In this document: positions 57,145 through 64,000 of the stretch, in pieces
Layout: every line of letters begins with the position of its first letter
Position numbering within the stretch: position 1 is the first letter of the stretch
Source: Thermoplasmata archaeon
GTDB lineage: Archaea > Thermoplasmatota > SW-10-69-26 > JACQPN01 > JAJPHT01
Assembly (NCBI GenBank): GCA_034667685.1
Contig: JAXDQU010000034.1
Coordinates: 31,022-95,021, forward strand
Reading direction: 5' to 3'
DNA length: 64,000 nt
The notes under the pieces: generated by a model
The model's database searches: none
What the model saw: the letters and a program-made list of their open reading frames with translations, nothing else
Told to the model about the DNA's origin: nothing
Made by a program: the position numbers and the translations under genes

Positions 57145-58206
57145 ATGGAAGACTTCACCAAGTCGAAGACGATGGTCTTCCCGCGCGTCGTGCGCGTGGG
57201 GCACGGCGTCCTCGAGGAGGTCGGGGACGTGCTGCGCGAGCTCTCCGTGCGCGACGACGTGCTGGTCGTCTCGGGCGCGCGGACGCGCCGGCTCGCGGGC
57301 GAGCGCGCGCTGGGCGTCGTCCAGAAGGCGGGCTATCAGGCCGACCTCGTGGAGATCCACGGCGCGACGCTCGCCGACGTCGCGGTGGCCGAGGCCGCGG
57401 GCCGCAAGGCGAAGCCGCAGGTCGTCCTGGGCGTGGGCGGCGGGGGCGTCATCGACGTCGCCAAGCTCGCGGCGTTCCGGCTCGGCGTCCCCTACGTCAG
57501 CGTGCCCACGAGCGCCAGCCACGACGGCATCACGAGCCCGCGCGCGTCCATCAAGGAGGAGCGCGGCAACGCGAGCAAGCAGGCCTCGACGCCGATGGCG
57601 ATCGTCGCCGACACGGAGATCATCGCGCGCGCCCCGTACCGCATGCTCGCGGCCGGGTGCGCCGACGCCATCAGCAACAGCACCGCCGTGCTCGACTGGA
57701 AGCTCGCGCACCGCCTGCGCGGCGAGGAATACAGCAGCTTTGCCGCGGTGCTCGCGCAGACCGCGGCCGACATGGTCATCACGAACGCCGAGGTCATCCG
57801 CCCCGGCCTGGAGGAAAGCGCTTGGCTCGTCGTGAAGAGCCTCATCGTTTCGGGCGTCTCGATGAGCGTGGCGGGGAGCAGCCGCCCCGCCTCGGGCAGC
57901 GAGCACATGTTCAGCCACACGCTCGATCAACTCGCGCCCGGCCGCGCGTACCACGGCGAGCAGGTCGGCCTCGGCACGATCATGATGATGTACCTCCACG
58001 GGGGCGACTGGCGCAGCGTGAGGGATGCGCTGCACGCCGTCGGAGCCCCGACCACCGCCGAGAAGCTGGGCGTCTCGCGCGAGGTCGTCGTCGAGGCGCT
58101 GTGCAAGGCGCACCTGATCCGGCCCGACCGCTACACCATCCTGGGCGACAAGGGGCTCTCGCGCGAGGCCGCCGAAGAATTGGTCCGCGTTACGGGTGTG
58201 GCCTGA
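57145..58206 (+). CDS. egsA: sn-glycerol-1-phosphate dehydrogenase
   Basis: GVGGGGVIDVAK, PTSASHDGITS, SSRPASGSEHMFSH, HGEQVG, RPDRYTIL. Confidence 0.95.
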   Translation: MEDFTKSKTMVFPRVVRVGHGVLEEVGDVLRELSVRDDVLVVSGARTRRLAGERALGVVQKAGYQADLVEIHGATLADVAVAEAAGRKAKPQVVLGVGGGGVIDVAKLAAFRLGVPYVSVPTSASHDGITSPRASIKEERGNASKQASTPMAIVADTEIIARAPYRMLAAGCADAISNSTAVLDWKLAHRLRGEEYSSFAAVLAQTAADMVITNAEVIRPGLEESAWLVVKSLIVSGVSMSVAGSSRPASGSEHMFSHTLDQLAPGRAYHGEQVGLGTIMMMYLHGGDWRSVRDALHAVGAPTTAEKLGVSREVVVEALCKAHLIRPDRYTILGDKGLSREAAEELVRVTGVA

Positions 58207-58643
58207 TGCCGTTGACCATCGTGGGCGAGAAGCTCGCCACGCCCGGCCTCGTGTTCCGCTATCAGGGCGAGACGGACGAAGGGTGCGCGGCGTGCAAGCT
58301 GCGCAGCGTGTGCCACGGTGGCCTGAAGCCCAACCGGGAGTACCGCGTCAAGGCCGTCCGCCCCGTGCAGCACGACGTGTGCCACGTCTTCGAGGGCAAG
58401 GTGCAGGTCGTCGAGGTCGAGGAGAAGCCGCTTCCCCTGCGCGTCGCCATTCCGGTCGCGGCCACGCGCGGCACGGGCGTCACGAACCGCTTCGAGGAGT
58501 GCGGCGCCTCGTGCCTCTACAAGGGCCTCTGCAACCCGGTCGCGCTGCCGTCCGGCGTGACGGCGCAGATCGAGAAGGTCGAGGGCGACGTGCCCTGCCT
58601 CGTGGGGCGGAAGCTCCGCTTCGCGCTCGTGCGGCCGCCGTGA
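58206..58643 (+). CDS. UPF0179 family protein
   Basis: LTIVGEKLA, CAACKLRSVC, HDVCHVFEG; typical neighbour of egsA. Confidence 0.88.
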   Translation: MPLTIVGEKLATPGLVFRYQGETDEGCAACKLRSVCHGGLKPNREYRVKAVRPVQHDVCHVFEGKVQVVEVEEKPLPLRVAIPVAATRGTGVTNRFEECGASCLYKGLCNPVALPSGVTAQIEKVEGDVPCLVGRKLRFALVRPP

Positions 58644-58646
58644 TCG

Positions 58647-59456
58647 CTACTTCGTCGCGGAGATGATATCGAGGCGCAGCAGCGAGCGCACGGCCAGGAC
58701 GTTGAGCGCCACCACCCACACCAGGAGGTTGGGCGCGATCCAGCCCCAGTCGGAGGCGCCCACGTGGCCGCCCGGCCCGAGGGCCGAGAGCGCGGCGTTC
58801 GGCAGCGCGCGCGAGGCCCACACGCCGGCCTGGCCGAGCCCCGCCAGGAGGCTGCGCAGGACGTCGCCCGCGACGAGCGCGCCAAGCGTCGAGCCCAGGC
58901 CGACGCCGAGGCTGCGCGACCCGAGCGTCGTGCCCAGCGCGATGAGCGCCCAGCCCAGGAGCAGCGCCCACGCGCGGACGAGAAGGATCGCGACGTCGCG
59001 CGGCGTGGTCTTCAGGAGCGTCTCGCCGCTCACCATGCCGAAGACCGCCGCGCCGCCCACGCCCGCGGCCACGGCGAGGAGCGCGAGAAGGAGCGCGGCA
59101 ACGGCCAGGAGCGCCACCTTCGCCAGCGCGACGTCGATGCGCCGGGCGCGCGCGAGCAGCAGCGTGCGCAACGTGCCGCGCGTGAACTCCTGCGCGACGG
59201 ACTGCGCCGCGAAGACGACCAGGGTCAGCGTGCCGATGCTCACGGCGAGCGAGGCGACGAAGCCCACCGCGTCGGCGCGCAGCGGGGCGAGGAGCGCGGC
59301 GGGGTCGAGGCCGGCGCCCTGGGGCGCGGCGAGGATGCTCGCGAACGCGATCACGATGAGCACGACGTAGGCCGCGAGGATGCCCAGGAGGACGTACGTC
59401 GCGGGCTGGCGGAGCGCCTTCGTCGCCTCGACGGAGGCCATCGCGCGCAGGCTCAC
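58647..59456 (-). CDS. ABC-2 transporter permease
   Basis: EFTRGTLRTLL, LAKV, about 6 TMs, RLDI. Confidence 0.87.
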   Translation of the reverse strand: MSLRAMASVEATKALRQPATYVLLGILAAYVVLIVIAFASILAAPQGAGLDPAALLAPLRADAVGFVASLAVSIGTLTLVVFAAQSVAQEFTRGTLRTLLLARARRIDVALAKVALLAVAALLLALLAVAAGVGGAAVFGMVSGETLLKTTPRDVAILLVRAWALLLGWALIALGTTLGSRSLGVGLGSTLGALVAGDVLRSLLAGLGQAGVWASRALPNAALSALGPGGHVGASDWGWIAPNLLVWVVALNVLAVRSLLRLDIISATK

Positions 59457-60319
59457 GCGCTCCCCTCCGTGATGGCGAGGAAGCGCGCTTCGAGCCCGGC
59501 GGTCTCGCGCCCGAGCGCGGAGACGGCGAGCCCAGCCTCGACGAGCGCGCGGTTGAGGGGCGCGGCGACCTCCGCATCCGCCTCGACGACCAGTCGGCCG
59601 TTTTCCTCGCGCGCCGCGCGGACGCCCAGCACGGCCTGGGCGAGGGCGAGCGCGCGGGGGATGTCATCGACCTCGACGACGAGCCGCTGCGCGCCCGCGA
59701 GGAGGCTCGCCATCGGGCCCTCGGCGACGAGCTTCCCCTTGCGCAGGATCGCGGCGTGCGTGCAGGTCTCCTGGACCTCGTGCAGGAGGTGGCTCGACAC
59801 GAGCACGGTGCGCCCGGCCGCGGCGAACGATCGCAGGAGGCGCCGCACCTCCAGCTGGCCGGCGGGATCGAGGCCGTTCGTCGGCTCGTCCAGGATCAGC
59901 ACGTCCGGGTCGGGGAGGAGCGCCGCGGCGAGGCCAAGCCGGCGCTTCATGCCCAGCGAGTAGCCACGGTAGCGCTGGCCGCCCGCGTGCGCGAGCCCCA
60001 CCCGGTGGAGCGCCTCGTCCGCGGCGGTGCGCGGGGCGCCGCAGAGGCGCGCGACGATCTCCAGGTTGCGCCGGCCCGAGAGCGAAGGGTAGAACGCGGG
60101 CTCCTCGACGAGCGCGCCCCACGCGCCCGCGATGCGCGAGCTTCCGGCGTCGGGCGGGATCAGGCCCGTGAGCATGCCCAGCGTCGTCGTCTTGCCCGAG
60201 CCGTTGGGCCCGAGGAAGCCGTACACCGCGCCGCGCGGGACCGCGAAGCGCACGCCGTCCACCGCGACGAGCCCGCCGTAGCGCTTCGTGAGGCCCTCGA
60301 TCTCGATCGCGGCGTCCAC
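59453..60319 (-). CDS. ABC transporter ATP-binding protein (BcrA-like)
   Basis: GPNGSGKTT, YSLGMKRRL, LDEPTNGLDP, SSH. Confidence 0.94.
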   Translation of the reverse strand: MDAAIEIEGLTKRYGGLVAVDGVRFAVPRGAVYGFLGPNGSGKTTTLGMLTGLIPPDAGSSRIAGAWGALVEEPAFYPSLSGRRNLEIVARLCGAPRTAADEALHRVGLAHAGGQRYRGYSLGMKRRLGLAAALLPDPDVLILDEPTNGLDPAGQLEVRRLLRSFAAAGRTVLVSSHLLHEVQETCTHAAILRKGKLVAEGPMASLLAGAQRLVVEVDDIPRALALAQAVLGVRAAREENGRLVVEADAEVAAPLNRALVEAGLAVSALGRETAGLEARFLAITEGSA

Positions 60320-60379
60320 GCGGGCGCATCGTGGCCGCGATGGAAAAAGGCGAAGCCTTCGGCGCATCCTGCGCGGCCG

Positions 60380-61051
60380 TTGATCACCGTCCTCCTGGCC
60401 GACGCCGCGCTGGAGCTGATGCCCCCCGAGCTGCGGCGCCACCCCAAGGTCCTCGCCCGCGCCAAGCGCCGCCGGCGCGACCCGGAGCGCCTCCTGCTCG
60501 ACCAGGCACTGGACCACGAGGCCATGCGCGGCCTGCGGGACGCGGAGCGGCGCGGCCGCCCTGATATCACGCACGTGTGCCTCCTGCTCCTGCTCGACTC
60601 GCCGTTGAACGCCGCGGGCCGGCTGCGGGTGCTCGTCCACACCCAGGACGACGCGCTGATCCGGGTCGACCCCGCGACGCGCATCATGCGCAACGGCGCC
60701 AAGTTCGCGCAGCTCGTCGAGGACCTGCTGCGCCAGGGCGAGGTCCCCGCGGGCCGGCCGCTCCTGACCCTGGAGCGCGGCGTGCGGCTTCCCGACGCGC
60801 TGCCGCCCGGCCCGGTCGTCCTGCTCGACGAGGCCGGGACCCTGGCCCGCACGCCCGAGTTCGCGCGCCTCGCCCGCGCCCACCCGGACTTGACGCTCGT
60901 GCTGGGCGCGTTCCCGCGCGGCGCGATCCGCGAGCCCCCGCGGGCCGACCACGTGCTGCGCGTGGCCGACGCCCCGCTCTCCGCGTGGAGCGCGCTCGTG
61001 CCGGCGCTGGCGGGGTTCGAGGATGCGCTCCTTCTCTCCGGGGGAGGCTGA
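60380..61051 (+). CDS. Nep1/Emg1-like SPOUT methyltransferase, divergent copy
   Basis: LADAALELMP, LLLD...H, RRGRPDITH, LDSPLN, VHT, LGAFPRG. Confidence 0.85.
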   Translation: MITVLLADAALELMPPELRRHPKVLARAKRRRRDPERLLLDQALDHEAMRGLRDAERRGRPDITHVCLLLLLDSPLNAAGRLRVLVHTQDDALIRVDPATRIMRNGAKFAQLVEDLLRQGEVPAGRPLLTLERGVRLPDALPPGPVVLLDEAGTLARTPEFARLARAHPDLTLVLGAFPRGAIREPPRADHVLRVADAPLSAWSALVPALAGFEDALLLSGGG

Positions 61052-61187
61052 GGGAGGCGAGGGGAGCCGGGGGGAGACGGCGGGGAGGCGAAGGGAGGCG
61101 AGGGGAACGAGCCCTCAGCCTCCCCTCGCCTCCCTTCGGCTCCCCCAGCCTCCCTCCGCCTCCCTCCGCCTCCCCGCCGTCTCCCCG
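61041..61187. repeat. Palindromic tandem-repeat element (10-mer GGGAGGCGAG family)
   Basis: About 6 purine-rich 10-mers followed by about 7 complementary cctcccctcg-type 10-mers. Confidence 0.9.
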
Positions 61188-61229
61188 CGGCGGCGCAGAG
61201 TTTACCTGGCGCGCCGTCTCTCGCCGCGC

Positions 61230-61436
61230 ATGCCCAAGCCGGAGCCCGAGCCGCAGCCGCGTCCCTCACGCACGCGCCGCGCGCTGATCTGGCTCCTCAA
61301 GGCGCCCTTCCGCCTGCTCTGGCTCCTGGTCAAGTGGCTCGGCAAGCTCCTGTGGTGGGCGTTCAGCGCGGGCTTCAAGGCGGGACGCTCCGCCCCGCGC
61401 GAGGCGCCCGAAGAGGACGCCCCGCGCAAGGGCTGA
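61230..61436 (+). CDS. Small amphipathic/membrane protein
   Basis: ALIWLLKAPFRLLWLLVKWLGKLLWWAF. Confidence 0.6.
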   Translation: MPKPEPEPQPRPSRTRRALIWLLKAPFRLLWLLVKWLGKLLWWAFSAGFKAGRSAPREAPEEDAPRKG

Positions 61437-61439
61437 CGC

Positions 61440-61650
61440 GAGCCCATCCGACGACTCGCGCGGGGCTGCGGCCAACGATGCAGGGCCGGCTGCTTCGTTG
61501 CGCTCGACGAGGCCGCGGCCTCGCCGGCGCCTCGCTACGCTCAGCGCGACCGCTCGAAAGCCCGCTACGGGGATTCCTTCGGGATCGCGCGCCTCGCATC
61601 CGGCCCTGCCTCGTCGGCCTCGCCTGCCGCGCGAGTCGTCGGATGGGCTC
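61440..61650. mobile_element. 211-bp non-coding element with 24-bp perfect terminal inverted repeats (MITE-like)
   Basis: gagcccatccgacgactcgcgcgg ... ccgcgcgagtcgtcggatgggctc; inner stem gcagggccgg/ccggccctgc. Confidence 0.8.
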
Positions 61651-62238
61651 TCAGATCGAGGTCACGACGAGGTCGTCGAAGAGGCACGTCGAGGCGGCGG
61701 AGGAGCCCTCGTCGTACATTTCGAGCCACACGGTCGCGGTCACGGCGCCCGCGGGCGCGGTCGCGGTGAAGGGGTAGGCCGCGAGCCAGTGGCCCTGCCA
61801 GAGGGCGGAACCCTGCATCGTCCAGCCCAGCCAGTTGCCCGACGCGTCCTGGAAGTCGATCACGACCTCGGGCTCGCAATCGATGGGGCCCGCGTCCCGC
61901 GTCATGACCGTGACGCGGTACGCCGTGCCCGCCGAGACGGAGAAGGCGTCGCTCTGCGCGCCGCACGAGCCGCGCTGGCCCGAGGCGTGCGTGACCGCGA
62001 GCGAGTGCGATCCCGAGTAGGCGGTGCTCGACTGGGCGACGGAGCAGTACGAGGAGCCGTCGAAGGAGCCCGTGAAGCCCGTGTCGGCGGCGGAGTTGCT
62101 CCAGTGGTCGGGGATGCCACCGGTCCCGTTCTCGAAGCCGCCGTTGGGCGCGACGTTGCCCAGGGCCTGGGCGAAGCCGGGCGCCACGGCAAGAGCGAGG
62201 AAACCGACGATCAGCGTGTTGCGGATCTTGCGCGTCAT
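61651..62238 (-). CDS. Secreted carbohydrate-binding-module-like protein (CBM4/9 fold)
   Basis: Signal peptide; NVAPNGGFENG..PDHW, AYSGSHSL, APAGA, FDDL. Confidence 0.8.
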   Translation of the reverse strand: MTRKIRNTLIVGFLALAVAPGFAQALGNVAPNGGFENGTGGIPDHWSNSAADTGFTGSFDGSSYCSVAQSSTAYSGSHSLAVTHASGQRGSCGAQSDAFSVSAGTAYRVTVMTRDAGPIDCEPEVVIDFQDASGNWLGWTMQGSALWQGHWLAAYPFTATAPAGAVTATVWLEMYDEGSSAASTCLFDDLVVTSI

Positions 62239-62331
62239 GCAGGGGGGCCCACACGCCCCGCGAGCATGGGATGATGGGTCATGGCGTTTCCACGCGGAAC
62301 GCTTTTCATGCGGCGCCGCGTGGCGGCGCTT

Positions 62332-63057
62332 GTGCTCACCCTCGTCCTCGCGGAAGCGGAGCTCGAGCTCGTGCCCGAGAACATCGTCCTCCACCCGCAG
62401 GTCCAGCGCGCGGCGCGGCACAAGGACCGGCGCCCCTCGCGCACGCTCCTGGACAGCAGCCTCCACCACGAGGCGCTCCGCCAGGTGCCCGAGGGCGAGC
62501 GGCGCGGCCGGCCCGACCTCGTCCACTTCGCGATGCTGCTGGGCCTCGACAGCGCGCTCAACCAGGCCGACGAATTGCGCATCGTCGTCCACACGCGCAA
62601 CGACGAGCGCCTCGCCATCCACCCCGACACGCGCCTGATGCGCAACTATCCGCGCTTCGTGGGCCTCATGGAGAAGCTCTTCCAGGAGGGCGCCTCGCCC
62701 AAGGAGAACCCGCTCCTCGTGCTGGAGCCGGGCTGGCCGCTGGCGCGCATCCTGGAGCACCACAAGAGCGGCCCCATCGTCGCCTTCCACGAGAAGGGCG
62801 CCCCCGTCGAGCCGGGCGCCTACCTCGCCGCCAAGCGCGAGGCCTCGCCCGATTTGACCGTGGTGCTGGGCGCCTTCCCGCACGGCGACTTCCACGCCCC
62901 CGCCGAGACGTGGGCCAACGAGGTCGTGGGCCTGGGCGGCAACGCGCTCTCCGTCTGGACCGTCGAGATGGAGATCCTGGCGCACTGGGAGCGCGCCTGC
63001 AAGGTGTTCCCGCGCGCGGTCGCGCCGAGTCCTCAGGCCGCACCCACGCCCGAATGA
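62332..63057 (+). CDS. nep1: 16S rRNA pseudouridine N1-methyltransferase Nep1
   Basis: LAEAELELVP, LLDSSLHH, RRGRPDLVH, VHTRND, RLMRNYPRFVGLMEKL, GAFPHGDF. Confidence 0.92.
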   Translation: MLTLVLAEAELELVPENIVLHPQVQRAARHKDRRPSRTLLDSSLHHEALRQVPEGERRGRPDLVHFAMLLGLDSALNQADELRIVVHTRNDERLAIHPDTRLMRNYPRFVGLMEKLFQEGASPKENPLLVLEPGWPLARILEHHKSGPIVAFHEKGAPVEPGAYLAAKREASPDLTVVLGAFPHGDFHAPAETWANEVVGLGGNALSVWTVEMEILAHWERACKVFPRAVAPSPQAAPTPE

Positions 63058-63072
63058 TGGCAGAAGGCGCGA

Positions 63073-63144
63073 CGTCTTCCCGTCTTCTTGTCTTCCTCGC
63101 CCTGCCGGAGGCGCTTCGCGCCGAACGAGGAAGACGGGAAGACG
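63073..63144. repeat. Palindromic tandem-repeat element (GGGAAGAC family, arms in reverse order)
   Basis: cgtcttcccgtcttc ... gaagacgggaagacg. Confidence 0.8.
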
Positions 63145-63158
63145 AACGACGGTGCTCG

Positions 63159-63785
63159 TCAACGAAGCTGCCGCCACCCGCTCCAGAATCGCTGGAGCGC
63201 GGTCAGGTTGCCCACGATGGCGAAGTAGGCGAGCATCAGCACCAGCGGCTCGGCGCCGAACGGGATCGCGATGCCCGCGAGGTACGCGAGCCATGCCAGC
63301 GCGGGGACGGCGATGAGGATGACGAGCCGGTCCGCGCGTCCCAGCCAGCCGGCGTACATGCGCCCGAGGCCCAGCGCCTGCGCCTGCGTGCCCATGTAGC
63401 TCGTGAGGAACGTGCCGACGATGGCGAAGACGCCCCACGCGAGGCTGCCCAGGGGCGAGAGCGTGAGGCCCAGGAGGATCGCCGCGTCGCTGTAGCGGTC
63501 CACCACGTGGTCGAGGAAGTCGCCGCGCTTCGTCTCCTGGTTGGTGAGCCGCGCGAGCTTGCCGTCGAGCCCGTCGAGGATCGCGTTGACGGCCACGGCC
63601 GCCGCGCCCGCGACGAGCAGCCACGCGCGCTCCCGCGTGGCGAAGGCGAACGCGACCGCGGCCGCGAGCGCGAAGAGGAGCGAGACCGCGGTCAGCGCGT
63701 TGGGCGAGACGTTCCAGCGGTGGAGCTGCCGCGCGGCGGGGGCCAGGAAATTGCCCCACCCGGTGCGGTATCGCTCTAGAACCAC
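63159..63785 (-). CDS. CDP-alcohol phosphatidyltransferase (archaetidylinositol-phosphate synthase-like)
   Basis: SPNALT, DGLDGKLAR, GDFLDHVVDRYSD, SYMG, GRADR. Confidence 0.92.
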   Translation of the reverse strand: MVLERYRTGWGNFLAPAARQLHRWNVSPNALTAVSLLFALAAAVAFAFATRERAWLLVAGAAAVAVNAILDGLDGKLARLTNQETKRGDFLDHVVDRYSDAAILLGLTLSPLGSLAWGVFAIVGTFLTSYMGTQAQALGLGRMYAGWLGRADRLVILIAVPALAWLAYLAGIAIPFGAEPLVLMLAYFAIVGNLTALQRFWSGWRQLR

Positions 63786-64000
63786 GGCAATCGCTCCAAC
63801 GCCCAGCGCGCCGAACCCACCCGCGTCCCATTCAAGGCTTGCGGAGCGGTGTCGGCGATCGCCCGCACCTGCGCGGCCACGGCTTCGACGCTCTCCCGGG
63901 TCGCGTCGATCTCGACGGCGGGCAGGCCGGTGTCCAGGACCTCCTGCGCCAGCACGTCCAGCGCCTCGGCCTCGACGTTCTCGCGGACCTTGGGCTCGGG
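63776..64000 (-). CDS. Archaeal adenylate kinase (AK6/Fap7-like), C-terminal part
   Basis: Hand translation PEPKVRENVEAEALDVL...EIDAT; runs off the window end. Confidence 0.75.
   Translation of the reverse strand, partial: PEPKVRENVEAEALDVLAQEVLDTGLPAVEIDATRESVEAVAAQVRAIADTAPQALNGTRVGSARWALERLPWF

Overview
Very GC-rich (roughly 70%+ by eye), gene-dense chromosomal window from an archaeon. Archaeal markers are egsA (G1P dehydrogenase), trm1, two nep1-like genes, UPF0179, DUF63, a THEP1 NTPase, pyrB-pyrI and TATA-like boxes about 25-35 nt upstream of many starts; a Thermoplasmatota-like affiliation is only an inference. It holds about 65 CDS, mostly housekeeping or metabolic (pyrBI, proA/proB, mutY, UbiD, an acyl-CoA mutase, a FadB-like fusion, a MoxR/DUF58 operon, two ABC systems), plus defence-like genes (KAP NTPase, Mrr-domain protein, VapBC, NYN RNase). 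I saw no rRNA, tRNA, CRISPR array, integrase or transposase. Highlights: (1) five dispersed small genes for Cys-rich peptides, each with an even Cys count and four with a clear signal peptide; (2) at least 14 intergenic palindromes built from short tandem repeats with different 6-10 nt units, plus a 3-copy MITE-like element, a 211-bp TIR element and clusters of GNA-triloop hairpins; (3) a bacterial-type plsC-gpsA pair in the same window as archaeal egsA; (4) duplicated Nep1; (5) apparent GATATC over-representation. All calls come from reading motifs by eye, with no database searches.
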